NCBI GenBank assembly: GCA_965287045.1
Contig: OZ336877.1
Location: 112,158,001-112,222,000 of the forward strand
Direction: 5' to 3'
Source: Carcharhinus amblyrhynchos
Lineage: Eukaryota
DNA length: 64,000 nucleotides
Numbering within the stretch: position 1 is the stretch's first letter; every line of letters starts with the position of its first letter. The translations under genes were made by a program, and so were the position numbers. The notes under the pieces are model-generated. The model saw only the letters and a program-made list of their open reading frames with translations, was not told the DNA's origin and made no database searches. Of this stretch, positions 11,787 to 24,614 are shown in pieces.

Positions 11787-12289
11787 CTTCGAAGGAAACA
11801 GAGGAAAAGAAGGAAATAGGAGACAAATAATAGGAAAAAAAAACCACTCAAACCGATTCAGTTCTACTTTTTAAAAAAAAGCTTCATTGTCAACGAACAA
11901 AGACGTTCTCAAGAATTACAAAGGAATCATGCACTCATCATGAGTGTAACATGAGGTTTTGATGTGGTTTCACAAAATTATTTCAACACCAGGCTGTTCG
12001 ACAATGAAGTGTTGAAGTGAATGTGATTCCAGAAAACAAAATAATTAAATGCACACAAACACAAGCTCACTTTTGCTATCAACCAAGGTTTGACCTCATT
12101 ATTCATGGGGGAAAGATTGACTTGACAAATTTGGCAAGATTATTAATCGTATTACTTATTCAGAACAATGTCACGGTAACATAAATGATTAAAACATTTA
12201 ATTTGGATTTTTTTCCTTTCTTTGCCGTCCTTGATAGCTAAAGGCTAATATTTAGTATGAAGCGCTGATCACTATTTGTGTATACCTAC

Positions 12290-12355
12290 CAACAATCCTT
12301 CAGTGGCCTCACGACCAACGACACCGGATATATCTCCAATATTGGCAGCACACAC
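12290..12355 (-). CDS. PPP4R1: PPP4R1 coding exon 8 (66 nt)
   Basis: ttcag|GTG TGT GCT...TTG TTG|gtaggt; VCAANIGDISGVVGREATEGLL. Preceded by a 99-nt intron. Confidence 0.95.
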
Positions 12356-12454
12356 CTGAAAGAAAAAGATCATGTCTCTTACAAATTAAATAAAACACCA
12401 AAAAAAAGGAGGTATGAAGTGAGAAATCGCCAAGTGATAGTTATGTAAACTAAC

Positions 12455-12562
12455 CTTGCGAACATGGAACATTCGACAATCACAGCACATCTCACAGAAC
12501 CGGTGCAGTATATATTTCTCTGTGATAGCCTTTCCCACCATGGGAGCCATTTTACACATTAT
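12455..12562 (-). CDS. PPP4R1: PPP4R1 coding exon 7 (108 nt)
   Basis: tatag|ATA ATG TGT...AAG|gttagt; IMCKMAPMVGKAITEKYILHRFCEMCCDCRMFHVRK. Confidence 0.96.
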
Positions 12563-13489
12563 CTATAATGAAGGCAAAAGTAAACCAGTAAAATAAAACT
12601 CTATTAAATACAACAGCAGGTTTTTCTTAATTTCTGTGAAACAGAACTCGTGTTCCTTTTGGAGGCTCATGCATTTTCCTGCAACAACTTAAACTACTTA
12701 TAGCCTATTTAGGAACATACAACTAAAAACCTATTCGCAGGGAAAAAATGCTCACTTTTACCACATAGCCTCTACAGGCTCATTAACTAGCTTGAAGAAA
12801 AACTTCACGTACTTCAATGTACTTATCGTGTCCTCTTGATTTTTATAATTGCATGCATCCTCCACACAATTACAAGAAAAATAGGAAGCTTTTATTCAGT
12901 TTTTCCTTTAAAGGGATCAATACAAAAAAACCTTGCTTGTTGCAAAACATGATGTTTGCTACATAGTAAAGAACTCTATCTTTGCTTGATGAAGGCAAAA
13001 ATCACAATTGTATCATCAATTATTCTAACACAAATGAGTAACATGGTATACTAATTTCAGAGCCAGTGCAATGCCAGTTACTTAGGCCATATGTTCCAAT
13101 GACTGGCACATTGTATCAGAGAACACATCCATTTGGCTATTTGTAATATGCAGAGCACTGACTGTACTATCAACCCATGCTTGCAAAGCTCAGAACGTTA
13201 TGTTTGATGTCAGATATGATCCTGCAGTTGCACAGCACTTGCTGCCTCACGTGTGCTAAGGATTAGACTAACAACCAATTCAATATCATTAACCGTTGTC
13301 TCACACTTGCTAGATGGTACATATATTCATATATAGGGACCTGTCCTCTGCAAGCAAATGGAACATGCCCGAGATTGCACCTTTTTTGAATTAAAAGGTT
13401 TGGGTGTTACAAGAAAGCTTGTAATATTACTGTAATGAAGTTATTGCAAAAATCCCCTACAAACACATGGAATGAAAGAGGTGCGATAG

Positions 13490-13640
13490 TTTCGTGGTGC
13501 ATTCTCCATGGCAACACTGTTGACTTGCACCCTTTTCTTATACAATTTAAATTGTTGCTCCCCTGAAATATCATCCGTGGCTGCTCTGATGAGTGCAAGA
13601 CAAAAAGCTTTGACATTTGTCTTTTCAGCAACACTCATAG
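13490..13640 (+). mobile_element. Short repeat with decayed minimal hammerhead core (family P1)
   Basis: CTGATGA-gtgcaagac-aAAA-agct-tt-gaca at 13586-13615; homologous to 58200-58450 (-), 4590-4680 (+) and 3850-3990 (-). Confidence 0.65.
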
Positions 13641-14473
13641 CTTGAATTAGCATGTTCCACAAAAGGAAATATCTGTGACGATATTAACTATTCCAGAAAC
13701 ACGAGATTGGTATGGAATTGCATAAATTCATATTGGAGAAATTAAATTCAGTAGAATACCTACAAATGAAACTACTAATAAGATAAGGATAAAGTAGTGA
13801 CATATACGACCAACCTACTTAAATAAGAGTCATTCTGAGTCATGGGTAAGAAAGGGTTCAGCACATCAAAAGAAAAGCAGAAAAGCTCTTTTTATCCATT
13901 TATTACAAAGGGGACTTTGAAGTCTTAATTATGATAAGCATCTGCCTGAAAAGTTTAGAAATGCGAATCAAGCAGTTAAGCAACAGTGGCTGTAAGGAAT
14001 AAATATAAGGCAGTGTTGAATGATATTCAAGATGAAATGCAAATTGTCATCTCAGAGGAATGAGAAGAAGATACAAAAAGTGGGTAATGGAATAGATAAT
14101 TTAAAAATCCATTAACATCTGATAACTATAGTCTATTGTTAACATGTTTAAATTCTCAGGATAAATCCTTGTATTTGCAGTGCTTAATTATTGTTGGCTT
14201 AAGAAATTTGTTCCATCTGATAACGTCGTGGAGCTATTAATTGGAGTACATTACACGAATGTATTTACTCCATCTTCAACACCACCCAAACTTTTATCCT
14301 AAAATGGACATAATTCCATTTTCTGTACTCCTCACATTATCTAATGTGATGTACATAAAATTACAATTGCCATCTTTTAGCTTAAACATAGTGGTGCCCA
14401 TGTTCTCTTGAATGTTCCAAATCTTCTCATTTGTAATTATATTTTTTACACAAAAAAAAGACATTTCACTTAC

Positions 14474-14620
14474 TGCTACAGCCTCAGTTTTCAGATCATC
14501 ATTGCTTTCAGGAGCAGTTAGATCCAGTAGAACAGGACATACTTTTGTCTCCACATCATATCTTTCTATTATCTCTTGTTCTAACACCACCAGCAATGCT
14601 GCCTGGCTCGTCTTCCTCAC
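14474..14620 (-). CDS. PPP4R1: PPP4R1 coding exon 6 (147 nt)
   Basis: tatag|GTG AGG AAG...GCA|gtaagt; VRKTSQAALLVVLEQEIIERYDVETKVCPVLLDLTAPESNDDLKTEAVA. Confidence 0.97.
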
Positions 14621-15200
14621 CTATAAATAGTAATTGGAGTTGAGAAGTGATTTGTAGCCAACCAACTAAGGAGAAAGAGCGCAAAATACAGACAGTTTGC
14701 AACACAAAACAATCAATTAATCGATTCAACACCGCGACTGAACTTCAAACGGAAGCTTATTAAATAAAGCTGTATTTCTAGTTTGCCTTTCACTGACTTA
14801 ACAGAGGATGTCAGGATTTCTTAATGTCGTAACACAACTACTGTATCTGGTGCAAATTCAGATCTACTATTCCTTCATCAGGGTAAGAATTACTCACTTG
14901 CATAATACAACAGTCAATTTGTAATAAATTGATTGATTTAAGAGATTCAGTTCACAGGGTAAGTGTTTAAAACATTTTTCTTAAATTACTTTGGTTACTG
15001 AATTTGTGTTCCCTTTCCAGTAGATTATTTTTCCTATTGCAAGAAATAGCTGAATTGAAGAAATGTAGTTTTATTTGTTCCCTTCTCCAGGGTCATCACT
15101 GAAGTCACATGCTATGATCAAACACATGATTAATTGGTCTAAACTAAAAGCAACTAAAAAAGAAAGCCTCCTTTCAAAAAGGAAAAAAAAGACACAGTAC

Positions 15201-15343
15201 CTGGTTGTTGGGGTCTGCAAGACATCGAACCATAAAGGGCAACAAGTATTTGGAGAAAGCGAAAGGAATCGAAGGCCTATTTTCTTGGCAGAATATGGCA
15301 ATATGAGGCACCTGTTCCATCAATTCTGCACGGACTGTTGGTT
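15201..15343 (-). CDS. PPP4R1: PPP4R1 coding exon 5 (143 nt)
   Basis: ttacag|AA CCA ACA...CAG|gtactg; (E)PTVRAELMEQVPHIAIFCQENRPSIPFAFSKYLLPFMVRCLADPNNQ. Confidence 0.97.
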
Positions 15344-15444
15344 CTGTAAAGAAAATTTCATGTGACTAGCAATAAGCAGGAAAAAGTATTTTGCCATGAG
15401 TACTTGTTTAAAAGGTGTTTATTTTCCATAGATTTTGGATATCT

Positions 15445-15828
15445 TTTATTCATTCAGGGGATGCGGTTGTTGCTGGCTGGCTGGCCCTGCCTTTGTTGCC
15501 CATCCCTAACTGGCCTTGAACTCAGAGGCTTGCTAGTCCAGTTCACAGGGCATTTAAGAGTCAACCACATTGGATCTGGAGTCACTTGCAGGCCAGATCA
15601 GTTAAGGATGGTAGATTTCCTTTCCTAAAGGGCATTAGTGAACCAAATGGGTTTTTCCAATAATCAACAATAATTTCAAGGTCATCAATAGATTCTTAAT
15701 TCCAGATATTCGTTATTGAATTCAAATTCTATCATCTGCTGGGGTGGGATTCAAATCCAGGTTCTCAGAACATTAGCTCAGTTTGTGGATTACAAGTCGA
15801 GCAATAATACCACTAGGCCATTGCCTGC
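15445..15828 (-). mobile_element. SINE-B, near full length
   Basis: Reverse complement has a tRNA-like head (ggcaatggcctagtggtattatt...ggatttgaatcccacc), core ggttcactaatgccctttaggaaaggaaatct, and tail gttagggatgggcaacaaagg...tgaatgaataaaa. Confidence 0.85.
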
Positions 15829-17031
15829 ACACCCCCCCAACTTGCTCCCCAAATCTTGTATAAATGCCTGTATTCTGGCAGTTTGGTTGAGCCTCCCAGT
15901 TCAGAAGGTTGTGTTACATAACGACTATTGCACTCCAATATGACGGATTTATTAGTCATGCAGACTGAATAAATGTTAAAGAGTTATGTAACCGGTATCT
16001 CCACAATGCACTTTCAGTCCTATTTATTGGATTCCACAGTCCAGGGGAATCTCATTACAAACTACACTATAGAAATGAGATGTTTATTTAACAAGCTGAA
16101 TATATTAATTACTTATTAACAGAAATCAAGAGGCTCTTGGAGTCCCCGTTCTCCATGCTTCTAAACAGTTTAAGCTCTTTTTGGAACAGAAGTTGTTCTT
16201 TACAACTAACTCTTTCCGGGTTTTGCAGTTACTTATGGGCATGTTTAGAGTTTTTTTTCAAATTACACGCAATGACTACTGTATGGGCGCTGTAATTAAA
16301 TCTAAACTCCAGTCCCTTGGGCAGAAATAAATTGCCACACCTAGCAACAGTCACAAACACACACATCTTCTGTTACTTGACTATGCAAATTGAATTCAAC
16401 TCTTCAAACAAGTTTATATAAAACAAAGTGTAAAACAGAAACTGTTGTGCGCTGGTTATTTGTCATCGGGAAAGAATCTCACAACAATGGACTGAATCAA
16501 CCATCAGCAATTATGTGCTTAACCTGGAGCAGTAGTAAATGCATAATACATTTCCAAAAACAAATTCCAGTTGATAAAGAGCACTTTATGATTTGCTGTG
16601 ATAACTAATTTTACAACATCCTACCACACTTCAAGTAGAATAGGTCCAGATTGTATTCAATTGTGAAAAAATATCTTTTGGGACAAATAACAGCGCTTCC
16701 AAATAACTTTAATGATCACTGTCTCAGATCTCCAAAGATGAATCTGCACACAAATTTTAAATACTTTTGCCATTCCTAATGCAAAATATAATGTAGGACA
16801 GCAACCATATTATAGCCAGAATGCCTCATGCATTTGCCATTTGAAGACTGCAAACACACATCAAGTTAAAATACAGTTACTAAATTAACTAAAATATTTT
16901 GAAGACTTGGGCTCACCAACTGGAAGCCTAAAGCCCATCACAGAACCTTTTAAAGTATTAACACAAAATTCAATCCCCTTGCTTCTTCCCTTGGCATCAT
17001 GAGCGATTGTACTATCGTCTTCAATGGATTT

Positions 17032-19795
17032 AAGAACATAAGAAATAGGAGCAGGGGTAGGCCATCTAGCCCTTCGAGCCTGCCCCGCCATTCATTAAGA
17101 TCACGGCTGATCTGAAGTGGATCAGTTCCACTTACCCGCCTGCTCCCCGTAACCCTTAATTCCCTTGTCTACCAGAAATCTATCTACCTGTGACTTAAAT
17201 TATATTCAACGAGGTAGCCTCCACCACTTCAATGGGCAGAGAATTCCAGAGATTCACCAGCCTTTGAGAGAAGTTCCTCCTCAACTCAGTTCTAAACTGA
17301 CCCCCCCCTCCTTATTTTGAGGCTGTGCCCTCTAGTTCTGTGTCCCTTTCTAAGCGGAAAGAATCTCTCTGCTTCTACCCTATCTAGCCCTTTCATTATC
17401 TTGTAAGTCTCTATAAGATCCCCCCTCAGCCTTCTAAACTCCAACGAGTACAGGCCCAGTCTATTTAATCTCTCCTCATAAGCTAACCTCCTCATCTCTG
17501 GTATCAGCCAGGTGAACCTTCTCTGTACTCCCTCCAAGGCCAATATATCCTTACACAAACAAGGTGACCAAAACTGCACAGTACTCCAGTTGCGGCCTCA
17601 CCAGTGCCCTGTACAGTTGCAGCAAGACCTCCCTGCTTTTATATTCTATCCCCCTCGCGATGAAGGCCAACATTCCATTTGCCTTCTTGATCACCTTCTG
17701 CACCTGCAGACTGAGTTTTTGCGATTCGTGCACAAGGACCCCCAGGTCCCGCTGCATTGCAGCATGCTGCAACTTTTCGCCCTTCAAATAATACACCTTC
17801 CTACTATTATTTCTATCAAAGTGGAGAACCTCACATTTATACTCCATCTGCCAGATCCTCACACAGTCACTCAGCCTATCCAGATCTCTCTGCAGACTTT
17901 CCGCATCCTCCACACAATTTGCTTTTCCACTCATCTTTGTGTCATCAGCAAATTTGGTTACCCTACACTCAACCCCCTCCTCCAGATCGTCTACATACAT
18001 GGTAAACAGTTGAGGCCCCAGCACCGATCCCTGCGGCACTCCACTATTCACCAACTGCCAACCAGAAAAGCACCCATTGATTCCAACTCTATGCTTCCTG
18101 TTAGATAACCAATCTTCACGCTAACACTTTACCCCCAACTCCATGTACCCTAACTTTCTGCAGCAACCTTTTGTGAGGCACCTTATTGAACACCTTCTGG
18201 AAATCTAAAAACACCACATCCACCTTCTAGACCTTCTGTCTACCACACTAGTCACATCTTCATAAAAATCCAGTAAATTTGTCAAACACGACTTCCCCTT
18301 CACGAATCCGTGATGCATCTGTTTAATCAAACCGTTCTTTTCTAGGTGTCCTGCTATTTCCTCTTTGATGATGGATTCTAGCATTTTTCCAACTACGGAC
18401 ATTAAGCTAACTGGGCTGCAGTTCCCTACCTTTTTTTAAAACAGCGGCCTAACAGTAGCTGTTTTCCAATCCGCTGGCACTTCCCCAGAGTCCAGCGAAT
18501 TTTGATAAATAATTACTAAGGCATCTGCTATTATTTCTGCCATTTCTTTCAGAACCCCAGGATGCATTCCATCTGGTCCTGGGGGGTGTCTACCGAGCAC
18601 TACCTCTCCAGTAACAGTAATTGTATTAAGGACCTCATCCCCTACCAACCCTCCATCTTTAATATTCGGTAAGCTATTTGTGTCCGTGAAGACCGACACA
18701 AAAAACTCATTTAAAGTCTCAGTCGTTTCCTACCGCTAAATCCCCCCTCTCATCCACCAATGGTCCAACATTCACTTTAGCCAGTCTACTCCTCTTTATG
18801 TATTTGTAAAAACTTTTACTATCATGTCTTATATTTAGAGCTAGTTTAGTTTCATACTCTATCTTTCCTTTATCACTTTCTTAGTCATTCTTTGTTGTTT
18901 TTTAAATCTTTCCCAATTTTCTAATTCCCCACTACTTTTAGCTGCTCTGTACGCATCAGTTTTTAATTTAACACTCTCCATTATTTCCTTCGATAGCCAT
19001 GGCTGGTTATCCCTTTTCTTATGGTCCTTCTTTATCATCGGAATATATTTCTGCTGAGTACCAAAAAAGATCTCCTTAAAAATCCTCCACTGTTCCTCAG
19101 CTGTCCTACCAACCAATCTGCGCCCCAAACTTACATTAGCCAATTCTGCCCTTATCTTATCATACTCCCCTTTGTTCAAGCAGAGGACACTGGTTTGGGA
19201 CCCTACCTTCTGACCCTCCATCTGCATCAGAAATTCAACCATTTGTGTTCCAAGAGGATCCCTCGCAAGAAGATCCCTAATTCTCCTGCCTCGTTACACA
19301 GTACCAGATCTAAGATAACTCACTCCCTCGTAGATTCTGTTACATAGTGTTCAAGGAAACTATCCCAACAGCATTCCAAGAACTCTCCCTCAAGCCCACC
19401 ACGTCCGACTTGAGTCAACCAATGTGCAGGTTAAAATCCCCCATAATTCTTGCCGTTCTGTTTTTGCACACATCAATTATTTGCTTGTTTATAGCCCACT
19501 CCATCTCAAAGTTATTATTTGGGGGCCTATACACCACACCCACCAGTGACTTTCTCCTCTTACTATTTATTATCTCTACCCACAACGGTTCCACATTTTG
19601 ATCTTTGGACCCTATACAGCCATGATCTTATTGAATGACGGGGCAGGCTCGAAGGGCTGGATGGCCTACTCCTGCTCCTATTTCTTATGTTCTTATGTTC
19701 TTATCTTCTCTTACTACTGCCCTGATATTATCCTTTATTAACAGAGCTACCCCACCTCCTTTTTCTTCCTGAATATCCTTCCCAAATGTCTGATA
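17032..19795 (-). mobile_element. Long decayed CR1 LINE (EN to 3' tail) with internal deletions
   Basis: Tail ttcttatgttctt at 17032. RT motifs [20 protein letters not shown] and QHGFVKGKSCLTNL-like; EN motifs VGVVYRPP and GGGVALLI. Confidence 0.92.
19617..19703 (+). mobile_element. CR1 3'-tail-only insertion inside the CR1 above, opposite orientation
   Basis: cagccatgatcttattgaatgacggggcaggctcgaagggctggatggcctactcctgctccta(tttcttatg)n; near-identical to the tails at 21830-21918 and 39590-39669. Confidence 0.88.
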
Positions 19796-20084
19796 CAACA
19801 TTTGGCTATAGCTAAGTCATGACATGTAATTTCTACTCAAAACAAAAACACCCTGCAGATATACAATTGAGTCAATTGAAATATTTTGTTCCTTTACTGC
19901 TGAAAAATTGAAGCTTTTCTCCAAAGCTGTTGTGCTGTAAAACTACAAGGAGGCTTCTTTGGTCAAATGTGCAGTCAAACCAGAACAAATGGGTTCAAAC
20001 TACAATTGCTATATTATCTCTTCCAATTTTATCAGCAGCTGCACGACAGATAAATCTGGCTAACACCAAAGTGTAAGCATAAAG

Positions 20085-20200
20085 AACAAAGAATACAGCA
20101 CAGGAACAGACTCTTTGGCCCTCCAAGCCTGCACCGATCATGTGTTCCTAACTAGACCAACTGTTTGTATCCCTCTATTCCCAGTCTGCCCCCTTATCCC
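20085..20200 (-). mobile_element. Short CR1 3' tail fragment
   Basis: Reverse complement: atcggtgcaggcttggagggccaaagagtctgttcctgtgctgtattctttgttcttt. Confidence 0.8.
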
Positions 20201-20274
20201 CTTGGAGTTAAATATGGCAAATCAAAAGATGGCCAGGATTTAAAACTCTTCATTCCTGTATGTTCAAATACTTT
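20201..20274. repeat. 74-bp direct duplicate of 20710-20783
   Basis: 70 of 74 positions identical by manual alignment. Confidence 0.95.
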
Positions 20275-20824
20275 GTCGCATACTAGTCCCCTTATTTGTT
20301 TTTATGGGCTGTGGACTAACATTCCCCATGATCCCACTTGCGGGTCTTTACTCATTCACTCACTACTCAAATCACTATGCGCACTCCAGATTCTTTTGGT
20401 GGTTCACTACTGGCTTTTCCCACTATAAAATGTAACGCAAAGGCAAGCAGAGATAAGTAGATGTTACACAAAGAGAAACTGACATAGTCAACAAAATGCT
20501 GAATTGAACTCCAAGGGAAAATAAGTTCTATTATTAGATAGTGGTCTAAACTGCCAGTAAACGACTTATGCAGACCAAAACACTTGGTTGAACTCGGATT
20601 TTTGTCAACTCACTGGAAGGGGTTAAGCATTCACATATGCTGGAATGTCAGACAGCAGGACGGGAATGAGACGTAATGTCAAAAATATAACAATTTATAC
20701 AAAATATATCTTGGTGTTAAATATGGCAAATCAAAAGATGGCCAGGATTTAAACCTCTTCATTCCTATATGTTCAGATACTTTATACTGTATTATTTGGA
20801 CTAAATACAGAACATATTTCTTAC

Positions 20825-20931
20825 CTGGATCTTCCGCTAGTTTACTTATTCTCTCCAGCACTGCGAGGCAGTCTTTTTCGTCGTCGCTGACTGCCCGCAG
20901 CGTATCGAGCAAACCTCGTGCTACCATTTGT
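20825..20931 (-). CDS. PPP4R1: PPP4R1 coding exon 4 (107 nt)
   Basis: aacag|A CAA ATG...CCA G|gtaag; QMVARGLLDTLRAVSDDEKDCLAVLERISKLAEDP. Phases match both neighbours. Confidence 0.97.
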
Positions 20932-21394
20932 CTGTTAAAGAAAGAAAAGAATTAAAAGCCAAATGCTTTAACATTTGGTCTAATTGTCGAAAAGAACTTA
21001 TTTCAACCACCACATATTCTGTCTCTCCTCACTGGATAAACTTTGATTTGCCAAAACCACTGACTGAAAAAGACACATTGGCCAAATGCACCAATATTTT
21101 CTGGTGATTAGTTAGAAGGTAGCAATGCAGAAGCCGAGGAATATTACTCTTCTACAGCTATCAGTTTACCACTGATGAAGTCTTTATAATGTTTAAAGGA
21201 TACCAGTTAAAAAATCAGGCCCTTGTATTTTGCACCAAAACAGCAAGCAATCCGAGCACTTGATTTAAAATCTGCACTTTGCAACTTCGTTTTCAGGTCA
21301 ATGCATCTCGTCCTGAAGGTGAATATCATTGCTTTGTACGGGTTATGGTCTCTCAGAAGGCAATAATACATGCAGTGTAAAGGGACATGGCACT

Positions 21395-21918
21395 TATTTT
21401 GGCCCTGGAGGGAGTGCAGAGGAGGTTTACTAGGCTGATACCGGAGTTGAGGGGATTGAGCTATGAGGAGAGGCTGAATAAACTAGGCTTGTACTCGTTA
21501 GAGTTTAGAAGAATGAGGGGAGATCTCATTGAGACGTATAAGATGATGAATGGGATGGATAGGATAGAGGTGGAGAGACTCTTCCCGCTCAAAAAAGACA
21601 GTAGGACTAGGGGGCACAGCCTCAAGATAAAGGGGAGGCGGTTTAGAACGGAGTTGAGGAGGAACTTCTTCACTCAAAGGGTGGTGAATCTCTGGAATTC
21701 TCTGCCCGTTGAAGTGGTGGAGGCTGTCTCGCTAAATATTTTTAAGAAGTGGGTTGATGGGTTCTTGATAAGAGAGGGGATTAAGGGTTATGGGGAGAGG
21801 GCGGGAAAGTGGAACTGAGCTACAACAGATCAGCCATGATCTTATTGAATGGCAGGGCAGGCTCGAAGGGCTAGATGGCCTACTCCTGCTCCTATTTCTT
21901 ATGTTCTTATGTTCTTAT
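21395..21918 (+). mobile_element. Young 5'-truncated CR1 3' fragment
   Basis: Open ILALEGVQRRFTRLIPEL...FFTQRVVNLWNSLP...GKWN*; (TTCTTATG)n tail; CTTATTT at both ends; highly similar to 39160-39669. Confidence 0.93.
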
Positions 21919-24614
21919 TTCATTCTCTTCCATTATAATTTTGGTTTTTTTTTGTAAAATTCTTATTTCTGTTTTATATCATGTCCGCAAGACCCAAGCT
22001 CTCCAAATAGCTCAGTAACTCAATGGGATTAAGAGAGGAAAGGCTCATCTCAGTGCACTGAGATGGCTGATACCATTCAGGCGGTGGCCTTCGGCAACTG
22101 CAGACAAGCCTACCGATACATTCACTTTTGCTTAGACCTGGAAGAGCGCTCATTTGATTGTGGTGCTGGAGGGTTGCCAGCACAAATCACCAACTTCAAG
22201 GCGGGAGGAAAGGATTACAATTTTGGGTAGGGGCAGAGAAGGTAAGCCCAGCATCAATCCCTGCATGAGGGAACAAAGAGCTTTCTTCCTCTATCACTAG
22301 CAATGCTACTCAGGTGGTGACTGCCAGCACCACTGGTTTCAGTCAGGAACTAAAAAATTAAACAGTGGCTTTCAGAAGGGAGTGGGGCAGAGTAGTTAAT
22401 TCTTTTAAAGAGCAGACACGGACACAACAGGCTGATTCTGCACTCCAAGTTTCTAAATGGTCTGCAACTTTGTGCACATTAACTATGTCATATCTCAACT
22501 AGACTGGTCTTCAATATTCTCTCCATTTCATAAATGAATATGAAGTTATTTATGGAATGTGTGTAATACTAACAGATTAGCATTCAGTAACAACCAAAAT
22601 CATCATCCTAAAGGAAAACATGTATTTAAATGAAAAATGAAATTAAGCTGCATCAAAATCTGAAACAAAAAGGAATATTTTGTTGGCAACATAACTAACC
22701 CAGCATAGAATCATTGGAAGATTAAAGAATGCCAACTTGGTAAGTATTTCACCTGCTGGTAATTCCACAGACAAGTCACAGCATTGAAAGTCAATATATT
22801 ACAGTGGTACTCACCCTTAGATTGAGTATAATGCAGGGAAATCTAGAGTAACAATTGGGTACTATCCCAGAAGTTTTCAAAACATAGTTAAAGTTGACCA
22901 GTGCGCTCTCTCATTGGCAATAAAATGGCTTAAGTCAAAATTTAGATGCAGATCTGTACTCCCTCCTCTTGTAAACAATGGAATTATGTGACAGGCACAC
23001 CAAGGAGATTCTTTATTTGCATGTAACATAAAATTATTAGAGTCTCAACTCGACTGGATATTACAGCTAAGCCCAATACTATCCACAAGATAGCCAGAAT
23101 TCTGGCTGAGTAACACTGTCATTGTTGCTTCTTGCTGATATTTTAGGCCCAAATGCTCACCTTTATCAGCAAGATCAGTACAGGATCTCCATTTAATAAA
23201 AATTCTAGCTGCTTAATTATTACTCATTAGCGAATTTACTTTACTTGCCTGAACAGGCAAAATTGTAAAATCTGCTGCAGAAAATTTCATGTAGTGCTGA
23301 TTTAACTAATCAGTGACAGTTTAATCCATTAGCACTAACAGATGCAAGAACTAATTAGAAAACCTAAACAGTTAGTAGTAAGCAAGATAATACTCTATAT
23401 ATGATGTTTCAAATAAAAAGCAGAAAGCAAAGCTGCAGAGAAAGTAAAAGCCTTATTCCCAATTTATTAGTCATGATAATACTTCAAAATTATTTCATTG
23501 GTAGTGAAAATGCTTTAAAATGGCCTGTAGTCATGAAAGGCACCATATAACACAAATCTTTTATTCAATGAGTCACGAAGAATTAGACATGTTTTGTAAC
23601 TATTAATGGTAACTGTAGATGGGCAGCTGCACCTTAAACAAGTTTTCAAATTAAGCTTTGTCAATCTTAGAGGAACTGCAAAAACTGAAATGTCTTCTAA
23701 TTTGCCCATACCCTTTGTTTATTTTTATTTCTCATCATACTAATGGAAACATTCCCTCCACTCCCTGCCCCCACAGACTGCAATGCAAAGGTTAACTGCC
23801 TTTCAGAAATTATATGGGTTTCCAGAAGTGTCAATATTAAGAATGCTTGAAGTAATAGCAAGTGGACACGACTAACAAATTCCTAAACGACGAGACCAAA
23901 ATACTATTCACTTGAAATGGCAAGCAGCCAAAATCAAAATGATGTACAAGGCATAAATATTGCTTCCTTGTTCCCCTTACCACTCAGGTTCCCCATATCC
24001 TATCTCACTACTTTCACTGACCTTTGCAATAAACCCTGCACAATGCTATTGTAATTACACTCTGCAATCCCTCACCTTTGATTTTTTGCACCCCAGGACA
24101 GATGTAGACTCATCTAACCCTAATCTCAGATCCTATCATTGTTTTTGCAATCTGTCATTCACCTGATACAGTCCCATCTTAACTGCTTCAAATAGGAGTG
24201 TGCATAAACACAAGCTAAATTGGTACACCACAGGCCTTTCTCATCACCGCAGGATCTGATTTAAACAAGTTAAGCAATACCATATAACACTCTCGTCTGC
24301 TACAGCTACCTCCTGCTCTGGGATCACTTTTCTTTTTGAGTTACACATTTGCCACAAAAATGTATTTGCATTACAACGACAAACAATCAGCACTATCCTG
24401 ACATACAATATAAGAAAATCCATGGCCACTTAGAGGGTTCATATGGATATTTCTTGTCCAAAGGTTGAGACCGTGCATGCTCCTGCCACCCCCGTCCCCA
24501 CAAAGACCTATCCATTGCCCTTCCTCCCATTCCTCAAAGAAACTTCCATTCGTTTCACCTACACCATTCTGTTCTTCACCAATCATCACCCTTCCATTCC
24601 CCCGAATGAATATA

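Noticed and set aside
22046-22065. Perfect 20-bp palindrome CATCTCAGTGCACTGAGATG
   Set aside because: About 0.06 expected by chance in 64 kb (64000/4^10); isolated and within old SINE-like sequence, so not compelling alone.
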